NCBI GenBank assembly: GCA_963727485.1
Contig: CAVSGM010000002.1
Span: forward strand, 1,536,001 to 1,600,000
Reading direction: 5' to 3'
From: an uncultured delta proteobacterium
GTDB lineage: Bacteria > Myxococcota > Myxococcia > SLRQ01
Length of the DNA: 64,000 nt
Of the stretch, positions 42,448 through 56,700 are shown piece by piece (positions within the stretch are counted from its first letter, which is position 1; every line of letters begins with the position of its first letter). Below the pieces are notes generated by a model. The model was not told where the DNA came from and searched no databases. It was given only the letters and a program-made list of their open reading frames with translations. The translations under genes and the position numbers were made by a program.

Positions 42448-45063
42448 TGCGGCGCCGGGGGGTCGTGCTGCTCGCCCTGGTCGGGCTCGTCGGCTGCCAG
42501 CCGCCGCCGCCGTCGGCGCCCAAGGGGCCCCCGCTGGTGGTCCTCGCCGACGTGACGGTGCACATCCAGGCGAGCCCCTTTGCCCTCTCGGTGGTTTCGA
42601 CCCTGGGCGGCGGCCTCGGGGTGCCGGCGACGATCGTCCAGACCGGGACCCCGGCCCTCGAGTTCGCCACGGTGCAGAGGCCCGATCCCTCGGTGCTCTA
42701 CGACCCGGCGCTGGGGGCGAAGGTCACCTGGGTGAAGGCGACCAAGGTGGTCGACAGCGCGCCCACCGCCCACGACGGAACCCGCCTGGCGGTGGCCACC
42801 GAGGACCCGAACCACCGCTTCCTGGTGACCCTCGATCCGGGCAGCGTCCCGGACACGGTGGACCTCACGGTGACGGTGGACCCGGCGGACATCCGGGTGG
42901 TCGACACCCGGCTGCACCTCGCCGCGCCGGCGGGCGAGCAGTACTACGGCCTCGGGGAGTGGTTCGACGGCTTCACCCAGCGCGGCAAGGTCCGCGACCT
43001 GCGCTTCGACGTGAGCACCGAGGACGACGCCGGGCACAACCAGATGCACGTCCACGCCCCGGCCTTCGTGTCCACCGCGGGCTACGGGGTGCTCCTGGAC
43101 GACCCGGGGCCGGTGGTGGCGGACATGGCCGGGAGCGGGCCCGACGTGACGCTGACGGTGGTCGGCGCGTCCCTCCACGGGCACCTGATGGCGGCGGGGG
43201 ATCCCCTGGTGACCGCGGGGCTGGTGCAGGCACAGGCGGGGCTGCCCCCGGTGCCGCCGGCCTGGACCTTCGGGCCCATGCAGTGGCGCGACGAGGACAA
43301 GGTGACCTGCCAGAGCGCCTGCAGCGCCGGGTGCGATCCGTCGTCCACCGGCGCCGACGTGGTCCTCGCCGACGCGCAGCAGATGCGGACGCTGGGCCTG
43401 CCCGCCAGCGCCATCTGGATCGACGCGCCCTGGGAGACGGGGTTCAACACCTTCGCCTTCAACCCGGTGCAGTTCCCGGACGCGACGGGGATGATCTCCA
43501 AGCTCCACGCGCTCGGCTACAAGGTGGTGGTCTGGGCCTCGCCGTTCATGGACGCCGGCGACGACTCGGCCACCGAGTGCGGGATGAGCGCCACCGACGC
43601 CGGCGAGCTCTACGCCACGGCGAAGGACAAGCGGGTACCTGGTGACCGGGAGCGACGGGGCGCCGCTGGTCTTCCCCTGGCGGGGGACGAAGGGCGCCCT
43701 GGTGGACTTCACCAACCCGGCCGCCACGCAGTGGTGGGAGGGGCTCGCCGAGGGGGCGGTGCGCGCGGGGGTCGACGGGTTCAAGCTCGACTTCGACGAG
43801 TACATCCTCCCGGCGCTCGCGGGGATCGCGGTGCCCGACTACTACCACTTCGCCGACGGCTCCGGCGGCCTCTCGATGAGCTCGCGGTACCACGCGCGCT
43901 TCCACCACGCGGCGGCCGAGGCCCTGCGGCAGGTGAACGGCGCGGGCGGCTTCGTCATCGGCCGGACCGGCAACGCCTTCGACGCGGTGGACGCCACCGC
44001 GGTGTGGCCAGGCGACCTGTGCAACGGGTTCCAGCAGCACGGGGACAAGGTGGCGGGCAGCACCTCGAAGTTCCACGCCGGCGGCCTGCCGGCGGCCCTC
44101 TCGGCGATGGTGTCGCTTTCGGCCTCGGCGCATCCGTACTTCGGCTCGGACATCGGCGGCTACCGGCACGGGGCGCCGACCAACGAGGCCCTGGCGCGGT
44201 GGATCGAGCTGGGGGCGTTGTCACCGGTGATGGAGCTCGGGGGCGGGGGCGCCGATCACAATCCGTGGGACAGCGCCCTCTACGACCCGAGCCTGGTGCC
44301 CCTCTACCAGACCTATGCGCGGCTCCACACCGACCTCTTTCCCTATCTCGAGGTCCTGGCGCGCCAGGTGTCGGCGACCGGGGTGCCCATGGTCCGGGCG
44401 CCGGGGCTGATGTTCCCCGGCGACGCCGCGCAGACGGCGGTGGACGACCAGTACTTCCTGGGGCCGTCGCTGATGGTGGCGCCGGTCGTCACCGACGGGG
44501 CGCGGCAGCGGGACGTGGCCTTCCCCAAGGGCAAGTGGGTGAGCTGGTGGGACGACACGGTGGTCACCGGGCCGGTGACGCAGGCGGTGGCCGCGCCGCT
44601 GGAACAGGTGCCCCTCTACGTGCCCGCCGGGGCGGTGATCCCGATGCTCCCCGCCGACGTGGACACCCTCGCGGACGCCACCGACCCCTCGGTCGTCACC
44701 GCCGCCGACCGCGCCGGCCAGCTCCGGGTGCGCCTCTACCCCGACGCCTCGCTGACCCGCTACGACCTGGTGGACGGCACCCGGATCTCCTACGACGGCA
44801 CGGGGAAGACCAGCGCCGGCCTGGTGGTCACCGTCGCCGGCGCGCCGCTGACGCGCACCTATACGATGCGCATCGAGTGGAAGCTGCTCTCCGGCGACGC
44901 GCCGACGTCGGTGGTGAGCCACGCGCTCCAGGCGCTCACCGCCTTGCCCGACCGGCCGAGCTTCGATGGGGCGGCGAGCGGCTGGTACTACGACGCGGCC
45001 GCCGGGGTGCTCTGGGTCCGCCTGCCCATCGACGCGGGCGGCGACCTGGTGCACGTGCAGTAG
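42447..45063 (+). CDS. Glycoside hydrolase family 31 lipoprotein (frameshift ~43635)
   Basis: Lipobox LVGC; 'YYGLGE', 'IWIDAPW', 'VDFTNP', 'GFKLDFDE', 'WPGD', 'GSDIGGY', 'DQYFLGPSLMVAPV'. Confidence 0.88.
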
Positions 45064-45076
45064 CGCGGCGCCCCGC

Positions 45077-45322
45077 CTACCCCTCGTGGCAGTCGAGACG
45101 CTTGAGCTCGACCCGCTTGTCGCCGTCGGGGAGCGAGAAGGTGACCTGGCCCCAGGCCCTGCCGTCGCCGGCGTCGAGGGCGCAGCCCGGCAGCGGCTGG
45201 GGCGCCCAGGACAAGGGTTTGCACTTCCCATCGTCGGCGCGGGCGCCGTGACCCACCGCCAGCGTGAACGCGAGCACCCCCCCGACGACCATCCCAACCA
45301 GAACGCCTCGACGCGCAGCCAC
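45077..45322 (-). CDS. Small secreted hypothetical protein
   Basis: GGGAGG RBS, signal peptide ending ARA, 3 Cys. Confidence 0.55.
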   Translation of the reverse strand: MAARRGVLVGMVVGGVLAFTLAVGHGARADDGKCKPLSWAPQPLPGCALDAGDGRAWGQVTFSLPDGDKRVELKRLDCHEG

Positions 45323-45390
45323 GCGACCCTCCCGAGGTAGACCCGGATGCTACCCGGGCCGGGAGGGCCCGCCAACCGGCAGCGCCGACG

Positions 45391-46734
45391 CTACTTCCAC
45401 AGGTCGTTCCACCAGTGGGCCTTCTTGGCCTGGTGGGGCCGGTGGCGCTCGAGGCCCATCTGCTTCTCGATCTTCGCCACCTGCCACCCGGTGAGCTCGG
45501 CAAGCGCCTTGGCCCGCTGGACCCGCTGCTGCTCCAGCCGGTCGAAGTAGCTCGCCGCCGCGGGGCAGGCGTCGCGCGCGCCCTTCCAGGGCTCCTGCAT
45601 CACGTAGCGGGCCTGGAAGTTGGCGGTGTTGCCGGTGACCTGGAAGCGCAGGTCCTCGGGGAAGTGGTCGCCGTCGTAGCGGACGTGGAGCCGGGTCAGG
45701 TACACCTGCCGGCTCGAGGGGTTCTTCAGCCAGAAGGCGCCCAGCTGCCGGAGCTCGGTGTTGTTCAGGGGCTGGGCCGAGCAGGGATCGCACCAGTTCA
45801 TGTTCCAGGCGTACTCCAGGAACACCGCGCGGTTCTGGTGCTCGGCGGCCTGGTGCTTGAACATCGCCTGGTAGAAGGTCCCGAAGCGCCCCCCCTGCTC
45901 CAGGTACACCGGCAGCTGCATCCCTGTCGGGAGCTTCACCGTCGGGTAGTTCGTCGTCTCCACCCGGCCGGTCCGGGTGATGGCGAAGATCGAGAGGTCC
46001 TGGGGGCCCTTGGCGTTCACCGTCCCCAGGCGGATCGGCAGCATGAACTTCGGCGTCTCGTAGGCCACCTGCAGCGGCTTGAGCGTCTGGCTCTGGCTGG
46101 CCGCGTGGCGCTTGAGGTTCACCTTGGCCACGAAGAAGTGCATCTGCTGCTTGAGGTAGCTGCCGACCACCTCGCCGGCGCCGGCGGGGATCTTGTAGCC
46201 GTTCTCGGCGAGCCAGGTGATGAGGCCGCTCGACTGCTTCGCCGAGAGGATGAGGATGTCGTAGTCGCCGACGGCGTACCGGGCCTCGATGGTCACCCCC
46301 AGGGCCGCCGCCCGGCCGCGCCCCCCGACCCCGCCGACGATCCCGCCCACGGGCGCGAAGCTCTTGAGCGACCGCGTCTCGTCGAGCCGCGGCGCGCAGG
46401 GGTTCGGGTCGTAGTAGCGTACCAGCCGCGGCGCCGAGTACTTGTCGAGGTGATCGACCAGCTTGCTGTCGCCGATATGGATCTGCCCGCGCTCGATCTT
46501 CGTGGGCACCGGGATCACCACCGCGAAGTCCTTGGGCGACCCCGAGAAGTCGCTCTCCATGGTGATGATGGTCTTGTCACCGTCGCGGACGAGCACGACC
46601 TTCGACGAGTGGTCGTAGAGCCTGGTGTTCGCCTGCGACACGTAGAACCCGCAGAAGGCCGCGGCGGGTCGGGACGGGCCCAGGGCCACCAGCGACACCA
46701 GGACAAAGGGCAAGAGGGCGAGTGGGCGCTTCAT
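45391..46734 (-). CDS. DUF2330-like secreted protein, copy 2
   Basis: Signal peptide + 'AFCGFYV', 'MLPIRLG', 'FLEYAW', 'LTRLHVRY', 'NFQARY'. Confidence 0.85.
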   Translation of the reverse strand: MKRPLALLPFVLVSLVALGPSRPAAAFCGFYVSQANTRLYDHSSKVVLVRDGDKTIITMESDFSGSPKDFAVVIPVPTKIERGQIHIGDSKLVDHLDKYSAPRLVRYYDPNPCAPRLDETRSLKSFAPVGGIVGGVGGRGRAAALGVTIEARYAVGDYDILILSAKQSSGLITWLAENGYKIPAGAGEVVGSYLKQQMHFFVAKVNLKRHAASQSQTLKPLQVAYETPKFMLPIRLGTVNAKGPQDLSIFAITRTGRVETTNYPTVKLPTGMQLPVYLEQGGRFGTFYQAMFKHQAAEHQNRAVFLEYAWNMNWCDPCSAQPLNNTELRQLGAFWLKNPSSRQVYLTRLHVRYDGDHFPEDLRFQVTGNTANFQARYVMQEPWKGARDACPAAASYFDRLEQQRVQRAKALAELTGWQVAKIEKQMGLERHRPHQAKKAHWWNDLWK

Positions 46735-46757
46735 GATCGTCTCCCCGGTAGGTGTGG

Positions 46758-48086
46758 TCACTTCCACAGTGAGTTCCACCAGTGGTGCTTCTGGTGCGGC
46801 TGGTGATGGGTCAGGCCCATCTGCTTCTCGATCTCCGGCACCTGCCACCCGGTGAGCTCGGCGAGGGCCTTGGCGCGCTGGTGCTGCTGCTTCTCCAGGC
46901 GATCGAAGTAGGCGGCGGCCGCCGGGCACTGGTCGCGCGAGCCCTTCCACGGCTCCTGCATCACGTAGCGGGCCTGGAAGTTGGCGGTGTTGCCAGTGAC
47001 CTGGAAGCGCAGGTCCTCGGGGAAGTGGTCGCCGTCGTAGCGGACGTGGAGCCGGGTCAGGTACACCTGCCGGCTGTAGGGATTGCTCACCCAGAACACC
47101 CCGAGGCCCCGGAGCTGCTGGTTGTTCAGGGGCGACGCCGAGCAGGGGTCGCACGAGCTCATGTTCCAGGCGTACTCCAGGAACACCGCGCGGTTCTGGT
47201 GCTCGGCGGCCTGGTGCTTGAACATCGCCTGGTAGAAGGTCCCGAAGCGCCCCCCCTGCTCGAGGTAGACGGGCAGCTGCATCCCCGTCGGCAGCTTCAC
47301 CGTCGGGTAGTTCGTGGTCTCGACGCGCCCGGTGCGGGTGATGGCGAAGATCGAGAGGTCCTGGGGGCCTTTCGCGTTCACCGTGCCCAGGCGGATCGGC
47401 AGCATGAACTTCGGCGTCTCGTAGGCCACCTGCAGCGGCTTGAGCGTCTGGCTCTGGCTGGCCGCGTGGCGCTTGAGGTTCACCTTGGCCACGAAGAAGT
47501 GCATCTGCTGCTTGAGGTAGCTGCCGACCACCTCGCCGGCGCCGGCGGGGATCTTGTAGCCGTTCTCGGAGAGCCAGGTGATGAGGCCGCTCGACTGCTT
47601 CGCCGAGAGGATGAGGATGTCGTAGTCGCCGACCGCGTACCGGGCCTCGATGGTCACCCCGAGGGAGCGGGCGGAGTGCCGGGCCGGCTTCGACGCGGCC
47701 TTGGCCATCGCCGGCGCGGGCATCTCGTCCATCGCCCGGTAGCGGCGCCTCTGCGCGCAGGGGTTCCGGTCGTAGTAACGCACCAGCCGGGGCGCCGAGT
47801 ACTTGTCCAGGTGATCCACCAGGCGCTCGTCGCCCACGTGGATCTGCCCCTTCTCGATCCGGGTGGGCACCGGGATCACCACCGCGAAGTCCTTGGGCGA
47901 CCCCGAGAAGTCGCTCTCCATGGTGATGATGGTCTTGTCACCGTCGCGGACCAGGACCACCTTCGACGAGTGGTTGTAGAGCTTCGTGTTCGCCTGCGAG
48001 ACGTAGAACCCGCAGAAGGCGAAGGCCGGACGCGAGAGGACGAGGGCGAGGCCAAAGAGGGGCAGGGCGGCGAGGCGGCGATGCAT
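46758..48086 (-). CDS. DUF2330-like secreted protein, copy 1
   Basis: Same motifs as copy 2; a near-identical paralog. Confidence 0.85.
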   Translation of the reverse strand: MHRRLAALPLFGLALVLSRPAFAFCGFYVSQANTKLYNHSSKVVLVRDGDKTIITMESDFSGSPKDFAVVIPVPTRIEKGQIHVGDERLVDHLDKYSAPRLVRYYDRNPCAQRRRYRAMDEMPAPAMAKAASKPARHSARSLGVTIEARYAVGDYDILILSAKQSSGLITWLSENGYKIPAGAGEVVGSYLKQQMHFFVAKVNLKRHAASQSQTLKPLQVAYETPKFMLPIRLGTVNAKGPQDLSIFAITRTGRVETTNYPTVKLPTGMQLPVYLEQGGRFGTFYQAMFKHQAAEHQNRAVFLEYAWNMSSCDPCSASPLNNQQLRGLGVFWVSNPYSRQVYLTRLHVRYDGDHFPEDLRFQVTGNTANFQARYVMQEPWKGSRDQCPAAAAYFDRLEKQQHQRAKALAELTGWQVPEIEKQMGLTHHQPHQKHHWWNSLWK

Positions 48087-48897
48087 GGTCGTCTCCAGGG
48101 TGACCCGGCCACTGGTACCGGGCGTGGGGAAGCAGGCGATCGAGGAGCGGCACCAGGGGGGCGCAGATCGCCAGCGCCCAGATGACGTCGCTCGGGTGGT
48201 AGAGGCCGAAGCGGATGAAGCCGGCGACCAAGGCGACCAGCGCCGCCCACAGGAGGCGGCCGACGCGGTGGTCGGGGACCGTCTTCGGGTCCGAGATCAT
48301 CAGGAAGGTGAAGATGAGCAGGGTCCCCGAGGCCAGCTCGTGCAGGGGGATGGCCAGGGGATCGCCGAGCCACAGGGCCCGGCCGAAGAGGATGGCGAGG
48401 TAGGTGCCGAGGAAGGTCAGCGGCACCCCCGGGCGGGCGGCGCGGTAGCCCACCAGCATCCCCAAGCCGGCGATCGCGAAGCCGAGCAGGGCCGTGTGCC
48501 CCCAGAGCCCCGGGCTCACCCACACCCGGTCGGTGGCGAGCATCATCGCCACCAGGGCCAGGTTGGTGGGGTTGAACACGTGCTTCCCGCGCACCCGGAT
48601 GAGGTACTTGCCGGCGATGGTGACCACCCCGGCCAGCACCGCCAGCCACCAGTCCCCGGTGCGCAGCAGCAGCGCCAACGAGAGCCCGGAGATGAGGGGG
48701 CTGCGGGGATCGAAGCGCGGGAGGCGCTTCACGCGGGTGAAGGCGAGCTGGGTGAGCAGGGTGCTCGCCAGAAGGAGCGCCAGGCGGCCGAGGGGGACGA
48801 CCAGGTTGCCGCTCACCCGTCCGTAGACGAGGAGCGCGGTGAGGATCGCCACCTGGTAGTGGCGCGGGTCCCGGGCCAGGGCGTGGAGTCGGCGCAT
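47938..48897 (-). CDS. RnfD/NqrB-like membrane protein
   Basis: 'DPRHYQ', 'KYLIRVRGKHVFNPTN', 'WVSPGLWG', 'FLMISDPKT'. The stop is uncertain because it overlaps the next gene by about 150 nt. Confidence 0.75.
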   Translation of the reverse strand: MRRLHALARDPRHYQVAILTALLVYGRVSGNLVVPLGRLALLLASTLLTQLAFTRVKRLPRFDPRSPLISGLSLALLLRTGDWWLAVLAGVVTIAGKYLIRVRGKHVFNPTNLALVAMMLATDRVWVSPGLWGHTALLGFAIAGLGMLVGYRAARPGVPLTFLGTYLAILFGRALWLGDPLAIPLHELASGTLLIFTFLMISDPKTVPDHRVGRLLWAALVALVAGFIRFGLYHPSDVIWALAICAPLVPLLDRLLPHARYQWPGHPGDDHASPPRRPAPLWPRPRPLASGLRLLRVLRLAGEHEALQPLVEGGPGPRR

Positions 48898-49090
48898 GGT
48901 CCCATCTACGCACGCGACCAGAAATGGATCTTCCGGTCCGGTATGTGGGGCCAGGTACGTGGGGCGCATACCCCAAGAAATCCGTGGCCGATCGAAAGCC
49001 GGACGGCTCTTTGTCTTCAGAGGGCCACGGAGCCCTGGGACACCCCGAACGGCGGCCCCGTCCAGGAGCCGCCCCCGAAGGAGGGACGTG

Positions 49091-49840
49091 ATGCGACACT
49101 TCATCCACCAGCTGGTCATCGGAAGCCTGGCGGGCGCGCTCGTCGCCGGCTGCGGCGCCGCCCAGACCCCGGCCATGGTCAAGGGCCAGGTCAACCAGTC
49201 GAGCTTCCCCCAGGCGCTCACCCACCTCACGGTGGTCAGCTCCACCGGGGCCAGGACCCAGATCCCCGTCGCCGCCGACGGCACCTTCCAGGCGAAGCTC
49301 GCCCCGGGCGCCGCCTACCGCCTCGACTTCGCCGGGAGCGGCTCGTCGACCGGCTCGGTGGTCTTCCCGCGCTCGGGCGGCTCCATCAACTCGGCGTTCG
49401 CGATGGTCGGGCCGACCACCCTCGACCTCGGCAAGCTGACCTACATCGGCGACCCGAAGGCCCACACCTATGCCTTCACCCAGAGCGGGACCGCCGGTGG
49501 CACCACCGACAGCCAGGGCGACGTCGAGGTCGACGACTCGAACACCTGCTCGACCGACGACGGCGCCAGCTCGGACACCGGCTCCGGCGATGCGACCGAC
49601 GGCGGCTCCGGTGACACCGGCTCGGCCAGCGGCGACACCGGCGGCACCAGCGGCGACACCGCCGGCTCCGGCGACTCCGCCGACGGCCCCGACATGACCG
49701 GCGCCGAGGCCCAGCAGGAGACCGACAAGATCGACCAGGAGCCCGCCGAGGCGGCGGTCCCCGAGCACAACGCCCCCAGCGAGGCCGGCTGCGGGTCGAG
49801 CAGCGGCTCCTCCGGCTCGAACGGGACCCCGATCCCCTAG
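49091..49840 (+). CDS. Lipoprotein with acidic Gly/Ser/Asp low-complexity tail
   Basis: GGAGGG RBS and lipobox VAGC. Confidence 0.75.
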   Translation: MRHFIHQLVIGSLAGALVAGCGAAQTPAMVKGQVNQSSFPQALTHLTVVSSTGARTQIPVAADGTFQAKLAPGAAYRLDFAGSGSSTGSVVFPRSGGSINSAFAMVGPTTLDLGKLTYIGDPKAHTYAFTQSGTAGGTTDSQGDVEVDDSNTCSTDDGASSDTGSGDATDGGSGDTGSASGDTGGTSGDTAGSGDSADGPDMTGAEAQQETDKIDQEPAEAAVPEHNAPSEAGCGSSSGSSGSNGTPIP

Positions 49841-49924
49841 CCCGAGCCTGCGACGCAGGCGCGCGCCCGCCGCGGCCCCGGCTCACCCCCGGGCCCGGCG
49901 GGCGCCGTCGTCTTGAGCCGCCCG

Positions 49925-51295
49925 CTAGTTCGCCGGGCACCTGGTGGTCGCCGGCGTCGGCGGCAGCGGCGTCTGCGAGAAGTCGAAGGCGTTCACCAGC
50001 GACCCGGCGACGTCGTCCCGGGCGGCGGGATCCATCTGGTGCAGGGCCCCGACGCTGCTGGGCGTGAACACCTGCTCGATGAACTTCACCAGGCTCGCCT
50101 GCTCGGTGACCCCGTGGAACACGCCCTGCTTCGCATAGGGCGAGACGATGATCAGCGGCAGCCGGAACCCGAGGCCGTAGGGGTGGGTGGCGTCGCAGCC
50201 GTACTGCACCGGCGGCTTCACGTGGTCGTAGAACCCACCAAAGTCGTCCCAGGTGATGAAGATCGCCGTGTGCGCCCAGTACTTGCTGTTCATGACCTCG
50301 TTGACGCGCTTGACCACCCACTGGTCGTTGCCGCACATCGACAGCGGCGGGTGCCCCGAGTAGAGGTCCTGGTTCACCAGCCAGGTCACGTTGGGGAGCT
50401 TCCCGTTCTTGATGTCGTCGTCGAAGTCGTACCAGGGGACGACGCGCTCCCACTCCTCGTGGCTGTCGCGGATGGACTTGATGTCGTCGAACATGCTCCA
50501 CACGTAGTGGCCGAAGCCCCAGTTGAGCCCGGTGCCGTAGAACTTCCAGCTCACGCCCTTGGGCAGGAGGTCGGGGACCGAGGGCATGTCGAAGCAGGGG
50601 TACTGCTGGGTGGTCTGGCAGGTGCTCTGGTTCTCCACGCCCACGTGGGTGCCCCAGGGATCGTCGCAGCCCCAGATGGGCATGGTGATCACGTCCTTGG
50701 GGTCGCCGTCGGACCACCCCGCCTGGGCGGCGAGGACGAAGTTGTGCCCGGGGAAGCTGGGCCCGAGCATGGAGCTGAAGAAGTGGTCGGCGAGGCCGTA
50801 GGTCCTGGCGAGCTGCCAGTACCCGGGGAGGTCCTGCTCCTGGTACTGGGACCAGGCCATGTGGTCGCCGTTCTTGTTGGCGCCGGCCTGCTGGAACCAG
50901 CCGTCCATCTTCCCGCCGTCCCAGTCGGTGAGCGCGCAGCCGTGCTCGTGGCACATGCTCCGGGTGATGTCCGGGGCGTGAGGCGCCTTGAAGGTGGTGC
51001 CGTCGGGGGCGGTGAAGGTGCTCTTGGTGTCGGCGCCGGGGAAGCCGGCGAAGAGGTTGTCGAAGGTGTGGTTCTCGTTGACGATGATCACCACGTGGTC
51101 GATGTAGCCCGGCGGCACCACCGGCGCCGAGGGGCCGCTGCCCCCCGAGCCGCCGCTGCCGCCGGGGCTGGTGGCCCCGGTGCCGGTGCCGGGCCCCGAG
51201 GGGCCGCCGGTGGCGCTCAGCGCCCCGCCGCCGCCGCACCCGAGGGGCGCGAGGAGCAGGGGGACCGCGAGGAGGAGCAGGGACGGGCGCTTCAT
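49925..51295 (-). CDS. Phosphoesterase / phospholipase C family lipoprotein
   Basis: '[18 protein letters not shown]', 'GPSFPGH', '[16 protein letters not shown]', '[14 protein letters not shown]'. Confidence 0.9.
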   Translation of the reverse strand: MKRPSLLLLAVPLLLAPLGCGGGGALSATGGPSGPGTGTGATSPGGSGGSGGSGPSAPVVPPGYIDHVVIIVNENHTFDNLFAGFPGADTKSTFTAPDGTTFKAPHAPDITRSMCHEHGCALTDWDGGKMDGWFQQAGANKNGDHMAWSQYQEQDLPGYWQLARTYGLADHFFSSMLGPSFPGHNFVLAAQAGWSDGDPKDVITMPIWGCDDPWGTHVGVENQSTCQTTQQYPCFDMPSVPDLLPKGVSWKFYGTGLNWGFGHYVWSMFDDIKSIRDSHEEWERVVPWYDFDDDIKNGKLPNVTWLVNQDLYSGHPPLSMCGNDQWVVKRVNEVMNSKYWAHTAIFITWDDFGGFYDHVKPPVQYGCDATHPYGLGFRLPLIIVSPYAKQGVFHGVTEQASLVKFIEQVFTPSSVGALHQMDPAARDDVAGSLVNAFDFSQTPLPPTPATTRCPAN

Positions 51296-51447
51296 GGGGT
51301 GACCTCCGAGGCCGTCACACTAGCCCCGGGGCCCCTCGCGCTACACCCTACCTCCCCTTACAACGGCGCACCTTCTGCGCCGCCGCGGTGCGTCAACCGG
51401 CGGGCCCGCCCCTTGCCGCCCCGCGCCCCGCGGGATATGTGCCCGCC

Positions 51448-53724
<2,277 letters not shown>

Positions 53725-53764
53725 TCCGGCGGCGACCGCGCTGCGGCGGGGCCGGCGATGGCGA

Positions 53765-56700
53765 TCACGCCTTGTCGGGCGGGTCCACCGGCGCGGGCGT
53801 CGCCGGCACCGGGGCCGCGCCCCCGGCCGCGCCCGCCGCCGCCTTCGCCGGCACCTTCACCGGCACCTTGCGCCACAGCCCGCCGGCGCCAAACGCCAGC
53901 CACCCGAAGCGCAGCCACTTCACCAGCGCCGCGGCGAGCCACAGGGCCCACAGGAGCATGGCGACCCGGTAGACCATCAGCGGCACCGAGATCACCGTGG
54001 CCGTGGGCAGGGCCGAGGCCACGCGGTCCTGGTACCACTGGAGCAGGTAGCGGCTCGAGCCATTGCCCGAAAGCTGCATCGACGGGTGGCCCAGAAGCCC
54101 CTGGCGCACCACCAGGAAGAGGGCCACCAGGGCCACAGCGGTCCAGCCGGCCAGGCCCACCTGCCGCAGGTCGAACCAGGCGGGGCCCACCTCGGGCCGG
54201 GCCCGGCGCCGCCCCAGGGCCAGGAGCCACCCGGCGACCAGGAGCCCCAGCCAGATCGACACCTGGGTGAGCCCGATGCCCAGGAGAATCCACTCCCAGG
54301 TCTTCAGGGGCGAGTCCTTCACCCGGCCGAGGAGCACCGCCACGATGAGCACCACCGCGAGCAGGCTCCAGAAGAGCACCGCCGGCCCGGCCCGGGGCCC
54401 GGAGGCGAAGAGGATCCACCGGTCCTGGGGGACCCGGAGCTGCACCTGGGCGTTGACCCCGTCGGCGCCGAGGTCGACCTGGGGGGTGACGAAGCGCGCG
54501 CCGATGCCCCGGGCCTCGCGCCACTTGAGCACCACGTCGGTGCGGCCGGGGGTCAGCGGCAGCGTGACCTTTCGCCCCTCCTGGCGGACCGGCACCTCGC
54601 CCCCGCCGGTCACCCGCAGCGACTGGAGCGTGGCGCCGACCGGGAGGGTTACCGCGTGGGGCCCCCCGCGGCTCGAGCGCACCGTCAGGCTCAAGGTGGC
54701 GTCGGTGGCGCGCAGGCCCGGGGACGCCTCGAGGCGCACGCGATCGAGGGTGAGGCTGCGCCCCGCCACCGCCTCCGGGCGCACCACCGTGAGGGTGAGC
54801 GACTCCCCGGGCCAGGGCTCGTAGTACCGCGCCGGCGTGGTGGCGCCGGTGTGCACCGGGGGGATGCCGGTCGCGGTCAGGTGCCACACCGGGCTGGCGT
54901 CCACCGCCCAGATCTCGGTGAAGCGCGTGGTCTTCGGCGCGGTGAGGGTGAGGGTCTTCGCCGGCTGGAGGGTCGAGGTCCAGGTGAACCGGGCCTCGGA
55001 GGCGGCGAGGTTCACCTGGACCTGTCCGTCCTTGACCCGCACCCCCGGCGTGGTCACCGACTCGCCGGGCAGGAGCGGCACCTCGAGGACCAGGGCCGAG
55101 CCCGGGGCGGTCTGGCGCACCACCCGGGTCTGCACCGTCCAGTCGAGGCCCAGGTGGAGGTTCCGGGTGACGGTGGCGAAGCCGGGCATCACCCCTGGCT
55201 CCAGGGGCTGGCCCGGGGCGCCGGTGGCCTGGCGGATCCGGTCGAGCTCCACCGTGGCGTCGGCGACCCCGCCGTCCTCGAGGCCCACCACCGTCCACCC
55301 CGTCACCCGCGCGGTCGTCCGCCCCGGGTGGAGCGGCAGGGGGAGCTGCACCGACGCCTGGTCCGGGAGCGGCCCGGAGACCACGAGGTGGTGGCGCCCG
55401 GCGTCGAGGCCGAGCCAGAGCGTCCCGTCGTCGTCCCGGGCGAGGCGGTCGGCGGGCCGGCCGTCGACGGTCACCTCCGTGGGGACGAAGTGGGCGGCGT
55501 CGCCGGGGAGGGGCACCGCGGTCCGGGCCGCGGCGTCGACCTCGAGGCGCAGGGTGAGCGTCGACGGGGTCGCCAACAGGTCCAGGCGCGGCACCGAGGC
55601 GCAGGTGGGCGAGCAGTCCGGGGGCGCCAGCAACCGCTGGCGCAGGGTCGCGAGGGTCTCGTCGCTGGGGATCGTCCCCTGGGCCCGGGCGGCCAGGGGC
55701 AGGAGGGCCACCAGGATCGCCGCCGCCGTGGCCGCCGCCCCGCGCCCGCGGAGGAAGCGCGGCCACCGCCGCTTCGGGCCCCCGAGGAGGACCCCCACCA
55801 GGGCCACCAGGAGGAGCACCCGGGCCAGGGCGAGGACGAGGTTCACCGCCGGAGACAGGAGGTAGAGGTGGACCTGCTGCGAGGCGGCCACCGGGCCCCG
55901 CCAGGTCAGGGCGACCGTGTCCCACCGCCACGCGGGCAGGCCCGGGCCCGTCTGGATCGCGGCGTCGGGGGCGACCTGGTAGCGCCAGGTGTCGCTGCCC
56001 GAGCCCGCCGAGCTGCTGAAGCTCGAGGGGCCCTGGAGCCTGGGCTTCGCGCGCCGCTTCGAGGCCTGGTCGCGCTCCTGGGGCGGCGGCGGGGCCGCCT
56101 TGCCGGCGAGGGCCTCGGCCGAGGCGCCGTTGAGCCGACGGAGGTTGTCGAGGACCCCACCGGGCCGGTTGGAGTCGCCGGTGGCCACCGAGCGGTAGGG
56201 ATGCACCAGGACCGGGTAGGTGCCCCCGCGCACCTGCTTCACCAGGAACGGCACGGTCATCGCCACCAGGATCACCCAGGTCGTCAGGCGGTAGACGCCG
56301 GTGACCCGCTTGAGCCACCCGGCGGGCACCACCCGGTAGAGCGCCTCGCCGGCGAGGACGAAGGCGAAGATCCACCGGGGCGCGTCGAGCTCGGGGTAGA
56401 CGAGCACCAAGGTCACGAGCGCCAGGGCCCCGAAGCCCCAGCCGAAGAGCCGCGCCGTCGCCAGGGAGAGGATCAGCACCAGGAACAGGTCGAGGAGGCT
56501 CCACCGGCTCACCCAGGTCAGCGGCGTCCCATCGACCCCCGAGGCGTGGAGGAGGCGCCACCCCGGCGGGAGGTTCAGGGTCTCGGCGACCGACTGGAAG
56601 CCGTGGCGCCAGCCCACCGCGGGCAGGGCGGTCGCCGGGCCCACGAAGCGTTCCGTCGGCGACCACGTCGAGCTGCCGCCGCCGGACCTCGACCCCGGCC

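Noticed and set aside
41421..43645. Apparent in-frame thermonuclease-GH31 fusion in ORF 40314..45251
   Set aside because: A second lipoprotein signal (MRRRGVVLLALVGLVGC) starts at 42447, and the junction reads GCGGGAG-TGATG. One extra G would hide a normal TGA/ATG overlap, so this is most likely two genes.
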